64,000 nt of DNA, from positions 62,001-126,000 of the forward strand of contig JBLDXI010000033.1 in assembly GCA_047495785.1 (NCBI GenBank). The letters are read 5' to 3'. Below, piece after piece: positions 1-10,513 of this stretch; the stretch's first letter is position 1; each line of letters opens with the position of its first letter. The translations under genes were made by a program, and so were the position numbers. The notes beneath the pieces were generated by a model. The model saw only the letters and a program-made list of their open reading frames with translations, was not told the origin of the DNA and searched no databases. This DNA comes from Lepidodermella squamata. Lineage: Eukaryota > Animalia > Gastrotricha.

Positions 1-810
1 TGAAAATTAATACTACTGAATGTGTAAATATTGTAATCGGACAAAAAAATCTAGAATGTGTGGATGAAATTAAAGATCTGGGTGTTATTGTTGACAGCCG
101 TCTGACTTTCTCCAGCCAATGTGCCAAAACTGTTGCTAAAGCTAGGAAAATATGCGGTATGATTTTACGCTCGTTCCAAACGAAGAAAACTGAAATATTA
201 ATGAAAGCCTTTGACATTTATGTGTTACCCATCTTACTCTATTGTAGTACTGTTTGGTCTCCAAGACTAATTGGCGACCAAAAGTTATTGGAAGGTGTGC
301 AAAAAACATTTACCTGGCGCGTGATGAAAACGCATGACTACGAAAAAAGACTTCTAAAACTTAGCCGCTTAACTATTATTCAGCGTCACTTGGTTAGAGA
401 TATATGTGTAACTAATGATATATTGAAAGACAATGTTAATCTAGATACGAAATGTTTTTTCGATGTTAAAAAATCAAACTATGATACACGTAGCCATAAA
501 TATTTTCTCCTGATGCGTAAATCTCATCTTGATGTGCTATTTCATTTCTTTAGCTTTAGAGTTGTAAATAATTGGAACAAATTGCCAGCCTTTATAGTAG
601 ATATTAATGATCGACTAATCTTTAAAAACCATATAAAAAATATTATTACAAAAATATAATGTGAGTGGACAGGGCGCATATGTGTCCCTGGCTCCTGATC
701 GACTAATATATAATTTGTTATATATAATTAACTAGTATCTATGTGATAGATACATATATATATTCATCATGTTTACGGAGCAAAATAAAACTAAACTAAA
801 CTAAACTAAC
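1..810 (+). mobile_element. 3' end of a CR1/L2-like non-LTR retrotransposon (RT C-terminus, 3' UTR, tandem-repeat tail)
   Basis: The frame is open from the window edge to the stop at 659. It has CR1-type motifs KDLGVIVDSRLTFS, LLYCSTVWSP, LEGVQKTFT and FFSFRVVNNWNKLP. AATAAA at 784-789 is followed by (CTAAA)3 CTAAC at 791-810. Confidence 0.85.
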
Positions 811-3800
811 AAAAACAAGTTTAGCCTCGATCCTGATTGAATGAAGGGTTGAATTATACCCATACTGCGTTTTCCAGTCTGGTTAGATGAACAATGATTA
901 ACCCTCAAAAATGCACATTTTCACGTCATAATTTAATAACCCAGTGATTCTCAAACCCAGATTTTCCGGCCGGCAGAGGTCTGCCCATCTCCTGCATTGC
1001 GTGCGGCCGGAAGCTCTTTCGAAGGCAATAATTAAAGATATTTCCAACATGTTAGCGAATTTACAGCATGATTAGCCTCATCCGAACAAAAAATAACCAA
1101 ATTTATATGGCTATTTAAATATCCCAAATTAGGTACGTAAAATTATTCTGATCGAAAAATAATTGAAATTCACAACTTTTTTATGTACATGCCTAACATA
1201 AGATTCCCGAAATGGGACAAACTATGCAACAATTTTTCATTCATTTTTGTGTGATCTCGGCTAAATATAATAAGGCTAAATCGATAGACCACACTATCGA
1301 TTTCAGAGCCGATACTGATTTCGATTCGATTCGAGTATCGATTTTGATAATCAATGATTTTTCCGATATCAGAAGCATTGGAACCCAACATCAGATAAAA
1401 ATTATAAATTAAATAAAACTAAAATTCCAGGATTATTTGAGGCATTAAGATCGATAAAAAAGCTAATAATTGGACATTTGACATTTGAATAATTAAATAA
1501 TTGGAAATAATTGGACAAATTTAGGGCAAGAGTGCTTAAACCCTAAATCCTAAATTAGGTAGTGGCGCAACCAATTTTAGACACTTAAAAATTGGAATAA
1601 ACCCTGTTTTAAATAAGCATGAATTCCATATCGAAAGAAGTTAATAATCGATTAAATCAAGGCAAATCGTCAATTTTCCATGATGTCAATCCAACTTACA
1701 TCGACTGTTTTGCCGCTCACAGACTGCATACTGCTTCGCGAGATCGAAGCCCTGGCCGAACCAGCCCCTAACGTTGCCGGCATCATCGACGACTTCCTCA
1801 ACGCAGCCGAACCGGCCGGTCCACCAGGTCGACTCGCCTGGCCACTACCCGCCCTCTGTTGGTCCTTGATCCGCTCGTGATGTCGCTCCACCAACAACGC
1901 AGCTAGGACGTAGATTTTCTTCAACAGCATCGGACTTGTTACTCGCTGCGAGACGATCAGCGCATTTGAACAGCAGTTTAGCAGCGTCGAGGAAACGCTC
2001 GGCACGTCGGAAAAGTTCGGTAGCTGAAATAATTCGATTTTGTTCAATCATTTGTTGAGCCAGACGAGGCAGCATCAGCGGAACGTCAGACAGGCCGTGT
2101 TTCTCGGCTAAATCAACAGCTTTGCTCCATGAATTAAGCTGGATACAACAATCGACAGCCTCCCTAATTTTACCAGCCTGAAATAAATATTTAAAAAATT
2201 AAAAAATTATAGAAAAATTAAGAAAAAATTACTCACCCGAACATAGCAATTAACAGCTTGATCGCACAATCCTACACCTTGAAACATTTGGCCGACTTCC
2301 TAAAAATGACAAATATTGATAGAAATAAATTAGGTATTTATCTCGGATAATGTTGGTTATTTAGCAGCATTTTTTGAGGGGATTTCCTGCCTGGCTATAA
2401 TTCGACTTAGTTTTGAATCTGGATATTGCTTAATTTTTTTGATTTTTAAATTTTTGATATATTTTTTTATTTGCCTTCGCATTCCCCTTCCTCAAACCCG
2501 TGAGGGTATGAAAGATCAGTCGCGGGGAAGAGAAATGAAAATATCAATTTCAAATTATTGCACTAAAAAATTAAACTCAACAGATTGGAGGTAGAAACTT
2601 ACAGGTAGAAGCTTGTGACTATTAGGAAGAGCATTTGCTGCCTGTTCCAAATTAGCGTAATCTTCCAGCATGAAGTAGCATTCGACTAATCGTTCGGAAT
2701 TATGGGCTTGTTGTAAGTAAGTTACGGCTTGAAGCCATTGCTGGCGCTCGGCGTGGAATTCGCCTAAAGCTGTACACGCAGCTTCCAGTTCACGATCGTT
2801 TCCACCGCCCGAATCAGCCTTCAACAAGCTAACAACTCGCGTCCAATCGCCAAGCTTTTTTCGCAAAGCTACCGCCAAATCGCTGTAAAAAAAATACATT
2901 TAAAATTTGAAAAACAACTTTTCTAGTAAGCTTACAGCCGATCAGCTGCTCGAAACATTTGCTCAGCGCTATCGAATCGCTCGAAATAAGCTTCGACCTC
3001 TCCCTTTCGGAGGCGGTCATTTTGAAGCCGCTCGAGGTGTTGGACGAATTTGATGCCCGCATAATCACGGCATCTCACAAAAGCATGTTCTGCCATTTTC
3101 AAATTATTTTGCTCCAGAGCCGCATCAGCAAGTAGCTTCCAGAGTTTGGCATGGGAATTTGACTCGACAAACTTTTGAACATCGTTCAAGCTGCCTTTTT
3201 TCAACAACTCGCGAGCGTCGCGAAGAATTTTGATCTCCAAATTTAGCACGTATTCTGGGTTTGGTTCTTCGGGTGTTCGCAAAATTTCATCCAGCATCGC
3301 GACTCGAACTTGAAGTTCGGAGAATGAGCAAATGTAGCCTGACGTCAGAACAGGTTCTTCGAATTTCTCGTCTCGCAACACGCACAATTTAGTTTTTTCG
3401 AGGCATGTGAACATCGTGTTGTTATCTTCAGCCCACATCATGTCCCAAACGTCTTTTTTCTCATTCGATGCCGGTGGCTGAGCAGCATTTGCAGCAGGTT
3501 GCTCTACCGTGCCTTTAGCGGTGGCGTTATTTGCCGCTGGAGCATCTATTTGAACTGCCATAGGTTCGACTGTTTTCGTTTCAAGATTGTAGAACATCAA
3601 AACGCCACTGGTGTCAAGAATCGCGACTTTCGTGCTTTGAGAATTCAGAGAAAATCGGTATGGTCGAACAGTCAAGACAAATTTGTCAATCAATGCAACT
3701 TGGGGAAGTGAATAACAGTTCACAGTACCACTTTGACGACCCTAAAACGACGATAATAAGGCAAATATTTGCCAAAGGTAGCCAACTCACAATCAAAAGC

Positions 3801-4103
3801 AGCGTATCAGATGCTCCTATAGCAACAATCGGATCCTCGGTGGTCTAGAGGGAGATAACTCTTCAGAAAATTCTTCACAACTTGAAAAATTAACCAACCT
3901 TATAAATCTTATTCATGTCGATAGTATCGCTACCAATACCCGAAGGCGTTTCATCAATGTGATAGAGTTTCTCCGAAACCGTTTTCTGCCGTTCGAGTAA
4001 AAGGATTCTGTTTGGATCCAAATACTGCCAGACGTAAAAAGCCTCCTTCGATGCGCAAATAACGTTGTTTCGAGTCATCGTAAGAAAAACTGGCTCGAGA
4101 TCG

Positions 4104-4341
4104 TGTCACGGAAACATAAAACAGTCAACTGCTACCCTTAATGATTTATTCATTGAAAATAAACTGAACACCAGTCACTGGCAAATTGAGAGCTTAAGTA
4201 CTGACAATACTAGTTTGATAGAACGCACTACATAGCCTAATTAGTTATCACATGATCATATATCACAAGTCCTAGATCACAGCTATGGTTATTCATCTTA
4301 TTAGTCATGACCGGGATGCCGCCGTAACACCAATCGTTACA
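4104..4341 (-). repeat. 3' LTR (238 bp)
   Basis: Direct repeat of 5597-5834. On the minus strand it is preceded by the polypurine tract. Confidence 0.95.
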
Positions 4342-4914
4342 CCACACCCTCCTCAGGCCCCTTCTTCGCCGCGAGAGCAAACCGAAAATCGTAGAGGGCA
4401 ATTCAGGTCGAAAAATCGTAGAAACCATAGAAAACCATGAGCCTTGAACCTTGAATCATAAGCTGAATTGCGAACTCCAGTCGAGACGAAAGCCAGCAAG
4501 CCGAAATCGAGGGCACTGAGAGCAAGGCAGAGTGGAGCGAAAAAGAATCATCGAATCATTGGACATAACCGGAGCAAAATTTCCTGACCGCGTACACTTG
4601 ATAACATTTTGAGGAATATGGAAGAACCAAATAAGTGAAGTAGTTGACCAGTGACCGGCGAACAGAAGGATAGAGTGAAGTTGATGATTGATGAATTCGA
4701 AAGAGGCAAATTGATGAGGAACCTAAAAACTGTTGTTGTAGTGTTCAAAACCGGAAATCAACCAAAATTGAGAAATCCAAAGCATTGAGATCCGAAAGAA
4801 CATTGAAGACGATCACAAGATGAACCGATATCAAACCAGCATTGGCAAATTGATGCGTAAGCTGGAAAGAGACACAAGTACCATGGGTCCGAAAATCACG
4901 AATTCGACGTAGTT

Positions 4915-5270
4915 CCAAGCTTCAAATCCCTGGACCTCGAAGATGTCGTAGCGCCAAAGCGTAAAGAAGACAAGCTTGAGCCGGCGTTTCAACACAGCGA
5001 CTGCAGGGAGAATCAGCAAAACCGAGCGAGAAATTACCAGGCTTCAAACCACTGGACCTCGACAATGTCGCAGCACAATAACTTGGCCAGGCGACAAAGT
5101 GACTACAGCGATAATCAACCAGGTTCCAGAAATTCACGAAACACATCGGGGCCAAGGCTTCAATTCACAGGACCTCGAAGTTGTCGTATCACCAGAACGT
5201 AGCCAGGGCGGACCTTGAGCATTGGCTGGCGACCCGACAGCAGCGACTACAGCGAAAATCAACCAAGACC
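4915..5270. repeat. Three degenerate ~120-bp repeats inside the LTR element
   Basis: The motif gcttcaa...ggacctcga(a/c)..tgtcg recurs near 4915, 5037 and 5152. The motif gact(a/g)cag.ga.aatca recurs near 4998, 5099 and 5243. Confidence 0.7.
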
Positions 5271-5596
5271 ATTTTCCATTGAGCGAAGCCAGGACTTGTC
5301 CAACCAACGACCAAGAAAACAGACGTGCGAGCCGGTTCAGAACCTAGAGCCTTTTGACGCTGGTTTCTAAATTGATCACGACAGTCGGCGACGAACGACA
5401 GAGGGACATAGATCGGCGAAGCGCAAAGCCAGAGAACATTGAGTCGACAAATCGGAGCACCAAACGCGAGCCAGGGCTAGGCCTAGAAAGCAAGGCGTCG
5501 GCGCGATCGGAAAAATCGTTAAACAAAGACTTGGCTAAGCTCGAAGTAAGGGTGGCAGCTGACCGCACGAGAAAAGAAATTAGGTTCAGTTTATTT

Positions 5597-5834
5597 TGTC
5601 ACGGAAACATAAAACAGTCAACTGCTACCCTTAATGATTTATTCATTGAAAATAAACTGAACACCAGTCACTGGCAAATTGAGAGCTTAAGTACTGACAA
5701 TACTAGTTTGATAGAACGCACTACATAGCCTAATTAGTTATCACATGATCATATATCACAAGTCCTAGATCACAGCTATGGTTATTCATCTTATTAGTCA
5801 TGACCGGGATGCCGCCGTAACACCAATCGTTACA
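5597..5834 (-). repeat. 5' LTR (238 bp) with TATA-like TACTTAAG, Inr-like TCAGT and AATAAA
   Basis: The minus strand reads TGTAACG...TACTTAAG...GTTCAGTTTATTTT...AATAAA...CGTGACA. Confidence 0.9.
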
Positions 5835-7513
5835 GATCGGTGTACCGAGTGTCCATAGATATGCCTAGGGCATTGCACAAAAAGAGAGCGTATTGGCTTG
5901 ATGGATCATCAGATCGACAAGCCAAGCAGCAGAAATCGCCTCCGCCAGTCATTCGATACAGTTGACGTACCGGTCGTATTTGACGCTAAATTGTTTACAC
6001 TATTTCATATCTATTATATTTAATTACAAAATCTTACCAGATTTTTGCGAATATTCCAGAACATTACAAATTGCTCTTCAGTATTGGCTTTGTTGAAAGC
6101 ATAGGCCAAAGTATTGGTACAGTAAGCCCACTGAAAATTCCCGAATGAATTCATTATTTGATTATCGGAAACTCAAAATTACTTTGTATTCTGGCCGAAT
6201 ATTGGCGAAGTAAATGTAGGAGTCGATGGCAAGAGCTAGGCGGAGACCAGTCGCTTCCCATGAACAAGCCGTTACGGCTCGTCCGGGTAATTTTACACTT
6301 CGTAGATAGACCCCAGTGTTTGTGTAAAAATTCACAACGTTGATATCTCTATCTCGATCTCGTTCCGTGTCTCGAACGGACTGTTGACCAGTCACGGCGA
6401 GTATTTTACCGTCAGGGCTCCAGCGAGCGCAAGTAGCTTTGACACCAGACTCGACGGCCATGTATGCTAAAAGTGAACATTACCGTTATCGTTCAAGAAG
6501 CTCAATATCGCATGACTTACTTGAGTCTGATTCATTTTTCAGCAAGTAAATGTCACCAGTCTTAAACACTATTGCGAGAACGGCGGCGGCAGGATCCGTT
6601 GAGCGTCCATTAAACCAATGAACTGCTGCTAATTCTCCTGGAGTTTGGTCGAATTCTATCTTGGCAACTTTGTTTCCCTGATTGTCGTACACGAACACCT
6701 CGCCCTCCGAATTTCCAAACAAAATCAATCGACCGTTCGGTGACCACTCGCATTGGTGTAGGCGCATTCCAAGGTCTTTCCCCCAGATGCGATTGCCATC
6801 AACAGAGCCAACAATTACAGTTCCTTTGAAATTATTCCTCTTTCGTCACGGTTTTGACATTCAAATAGGGACATACCGTCTTCGTAAGAGATGCAGATTT
6901 TTTCACCGCTGTAATTCCACCGCATATCGCGAACCATTGACTTGGTGCGATTATTTATCATCTCCTCATAGAGATTTCCTAGAATTATGATGGAACTAAT
7001 CGATAATGCTAGCTCAGTAATTAGTAGGCTTACCCTTGTACACCATCCAAACGATGATGAGGCCATTATCATCACTCGAGGTGAGCTTCTTACTGCGTTC
7101 ATTCCATACCACAACCCTGATTGCGCCTGTTAGCCACATTAGTATTTTCAGGAAAAATTAATATTCTAAGCAGCGTAACCCACCAGTGTGACCCTCGAGC
7201 GTCTGGTTAGTCGAAAGATTTGATGGAGCCGCTAATCCACGCAACCTCGGCTCGTTGCCTGCAAGAGGCAATAAAACAGAGAACTGAAATATTTCTTTAA
7301 TGCAAACATTCTGAACTCACCCGATGATGATTCGAGCTTGAGAACTTTCAATAAGTTCCCTTCGCAGCCGCAAGCAATGTAACCGTCTGTCTGATCCCAA
7401 CATATCGATGACACGTTGGCATTGTTCGGGACGGAGATCTGCAAGGGACTCTCAAATTACACGAGTTACTTCCAATAATGGAAATTTACCTTTTTACTAA
7501 GATACGCAAACAT

Positions 7514-8104
7514 TGCTCAGCAGCAAACAGCTTGAGACTAAGAAACGGGTAATCTGCAGTATCGCCGAACGCTTTCTACAGCATTTCGTTTCGCGTAGCC
7601 AACAACGCTAAAATAAGTCATTTGTAAAAATTTACGATCCAGTCAATTAATATTTTAAATAAAATTAAGTCGAATAAACTGAAAATAAGTTCAAGAAAAA
7701 ATGGCTCAATTAGGTTGCAGTTGGCGCTTTTTCGGCGGCTTTTTTGTTGTTTCCTTCTGATCGGCGCTCGTGGGAAGCGCACTCCGGCGTCTTGCTACCT
7801 GCGGTTTTACTTCTGTATCCAATTTTTCGCATAAATTTCCCATCCAGCCGGTGCAGTGACTCAGATTTTGAGTCTTTTCGAGATGTTGAAAGTGTTGTCT
7901 AACCTATATCCTACTATATTTAAATGCTAATCGTCGTTGCGTCCACGATCGCACCTCAATTTCTGGGCAAACCTGGCATGGAGCTTGAACCTCGAATTGT
8001 GGCCTTGATTTGCCCCTAATTTTTTACCTACTTTCTATTTCATTGAGTGCTTAATCAATTCTTTTACGATCGATAGTGACATTTTTATCAGCAGCTGACC
8101 AAGC
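7514..8104. promoter_or_regulatory. Divergent (probably bidirectional) promoter region between WDR35 and HACD
   Basis: Head-to-head start codons about 590 bp apart. Inferred from gene layout only. Confidence 0.45.
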
Positions 8105-8822
8105 ATGGGATTTTTGAAGCGCGCATACCTTGTTGGCTACAATGTTGTTCTTGTGTATGGCTGGTTCATTATTTTGGCTCAGACCTGCTGGTGTGCTTAT
8201 CGTGCTTACTTGAACAACAGCCTTGTTCCATTTAGCAAGCTATACCCAGCCGTCGAATGGCATCTGCTCGTGTTCCAAACCGCTGCGGTCATGGAAATCT
8301 TGCATGCTGCTCTCGGCTTGGTCAAATCAAACCCGGTGCTAACTGCTTTTCAAGTCTTTTCTCGCCTTCTGGTGACGTGGGGAATTGCTTACTCGGTCAA
8401 GCAGGTTCAGACTCACATCTCGGTTCCCATGTTCTTGTTTGCGTGGTCCGTCACTGAGGTTATCCGGTATTCTTACTACGCATTTGCGCTGTACGATTGC
8501 GTTCCCTATATTTTGACATGGCTACGCTACACCCTCTTCATCGTACTTTACCCTCTTGGCGTCGCTGGAGAAGTTTGGTCTATCCTTTATTCGCTCACCT
8601 TTTCGGCTACTTTATTCCGCCTTTCCTTGCCCAACAAGTACAATTTTGCATTCTATTATCCTTACTTTTTGATTGTCGCGATCGCCATGTACTTCCCGAG
8701 TAAGTTGCTCATTGTGCCACGCATCGCTGGTTTAATTTTAATTCCATTTTTCAGTTTTCCCTCAGCTTTATTTGCACATGTTCGGTCAACGGAAAAAGCA
8801 GCTCAAAGCATCGCGCGACTAA
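8105..8822 (+). CDS. HACD: Very-long-chain 3-hydroxyacyl-CoA dehydratase (PTPLA/HACD family); exons 8105-8699 and 8755-8822
   Basis: Motifs YLVGYN, QTAAVMEILHA, FQVFSRL, WSVTEVIRYSYY and RYTLFIVLYPLGVAGE. Splicing the GT-AG intron 8700-8754 restores FPQLYLHMFGQRKK. Confidence 0.93.
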
Positions 8823-9022
8823 GTCGTATCTGGTTCTTAGTTGTCCTGGAATCGTGAATTGTATCTAATTGATGTCTGTACATCGAAATTGTCGAGATTT
8901 ATGATTTAAGATAACCGGAGTTGAAGTTTCTTAGAAACACTAAATGCCTAACTACGCTGCACGTTTAAAAAATAATTATGGATTGGTTTAATGATAATTT
9001 CCATTGTGTGTAGGTTTTAATC

Positions 9023-10321
9023 ATGAACGCTGAGGGCCGCGTCATTTTGCAGCCTGACTGGGAATCAGTCTCTGTCGGTGAAAAGACCGAAAAAATCTGG
9101 GCCATTTTTGAAAATGCTGGTAATGCTCGATTTTCTTTGGCAGAATCAGATCAGACTGTGTTTCATTTCAGCCGGCACTCGGACCCATTCTTCTCTTGTC
9201 TTGAACGACTACATCTCTGAGAAAAACAACAAAGACTTCAGCGTCAACGACTTTTCGGCTCGCTTCGATCGCAAAAGCGCCGGATCAATCGACGTAACGT
9301 GCAAATGGGGCGACGGTGCCGTTCTTGAGCAGCGTTTTGCTTCGGTCACCAAGCAGTTCGAGAATATTCATTCGTCTGCCAAGTACATTCGAGGTCTAGA
9401 TGTTACTAACGGAGGAATTGGCATCTCATCTGCCTGTGATGATCAATTATTCATTTGGGATACCGCAACTGGCGAAGTTCGCGTAAGTTCTTGCTAAAAT
9501 CGTTTTGAAATTGTTTGATTTAATAACGAAAACAGAGGCAACTGCAAGGCCACTTTGGCGAGATTTACACCTGCCGATTTTTCCCATCCGGTGTCGTTGC
9601 GTTGACTGCTGGAGCTGATTTGACTATCCGTGTCTGGGCGGCTGATACTGGCAACTGCGCCGCTACTTTGGTTGGACATGCCGGTGCTATCAACGAAACC
9701 GCCATCATCGACAAAGGTCGGAATGTGTTGTCCTGCTCTCGCGACGGGACTATCCGTTTGTGGGACGTCTCTACCCAGCAGCCTATTCACATTTACGAGC
9801 TAGCCCCGCTTGAATTCGCGTTGAGCTACCCGTTGAACAGCATTGCTCTAGCTGATTGCCCGCCGAATTGCGAGACTCCGAATGGAAAATTAGTTCTGGC
9901 TGCTTGTGAGTCAGGTCGACTCTTGGGCTGTTTGATTGAGGACGAATTCAGGCAAAAGTTGTTCGACCTGAAGTTGACTGCTCCTGTCAACTGCTGCACG
10001 ACCCTGGGCGACCTTGCGCCATTCCATGTCGTGTGCGGTACTCAGGTCGCTCATGTCGACAACCGTACTCGAGGCGCGATTTTGAGCCTGCAAGTTATCG
10101 ATAATCGTTTGTGGGCTACTTCCTCGGATGGATCTGCGTATTCGGTTGGAAATGCGATGTTTACGAAGCTTGCCTCGGAGAAGGCGAACAAAGGCCCGGT
10201 TATCGAACTGACCGGTGCGGATTGCGAGCCGGTGACACGCCTGGTCAGTGACGGCCGCTACATCTACACGGCTTGCCGCGATGGAGTTATTCGAAAATAT
10301 TTGCTCAATTCGAATTTCTAA
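9023..10321 (+). CDS. PAAF1: Proteasomal ATPase-associated factor 1 (WD40); introns at about 9120-9170 and 9483-9536
   Basis: N-terminal ILQPDW; GHFGEIYTCRFFPSG; LSCSRDGTIRLWD; C-terminal ELTGADCEPV...IYTACRDG. Confidence 0.88.
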
Positions 10322-10513
10322 ACAAGAGCCGCTGAAATTTAAGACTTGAAATTGACGTGTTGCTAATGATCATCACGAGTTCTTTCTTTTGACAAATCAG
10401 AGACGGAGTGTGAATAATCACCTTAATCTCTTCTCTTCTAGTTTGATATAAGTGCATGCTTTTCAAAGCCAACGGTTGAAAATCGTAACAATTTATTGAT
10501 AGAATGCTTTACA

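Larger units (their letters stand above)
4104..5834 (-). mobile_element. Non-autonomous LTR retrotransposon (terminal-repeat-in-miniature/LARD-like), 1731 bp
   Basis: Two 238-bp LTRs (4104-4341 and 5597-5834) are identical by eye, with TG...CA ends. The 5-bp TSD GATCG lies at 4099-4103 and 5835-5839. A polypurine tract GAGGAGGGTGTGG (minus strand, 4342-4354) abuts the left LTR and sets the orientation. The 1255-bp interior has no gag/pol ORF. Confidence 0.95.
1700..7513 (-). pseudogene. WDR35: WDR35/IFT121 (IFT-A subunit), multi-exon, disrupted copy or allele; the 3' exons presumably lie left of the window
   Basis: ATG at 7513 gives MFAYLSKK, then a 51-bp intron, then ISVPNN. Spliced exons give [62 protein letters not shown] and KKIYVLAALLVE, all matching WDR35 as I recall it. 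An LTR element is inserted in an exon at 4104-5834 and there is a frameshift near 1935. Gene identity is secure; whether this is a fixed pseudogene, a null allele or partly a sequencing error cannot be decided here. Confidence 0.85.

Noticed and set aside
1934-1942. A micro-intron GTAACAAG explaining the WDR35 frameshift
   Set aside because: It is only 8 nt long, and removing it does not restore the frame.
4342-5596. gag/pol coding capacity in the LTR interior
   Set aside because: Only short ORFs with no recognisable retroelement motifs.
4090-5834. The LTR element being spliced out cleanly using the T|GTAACG donor at its 5' edge
   Set aside because: The nearest downstream AGs delete 4 or 8 coding nt. 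AGs inside the 3' LTR either shift the frame or introduce a TGA. No in-frame rescue was found.
8700-8857. HACD C-terminus as given in the ORF track
   Set aside because: This is read-through of intron 8700-8754. The spliced form gives the conserved end.
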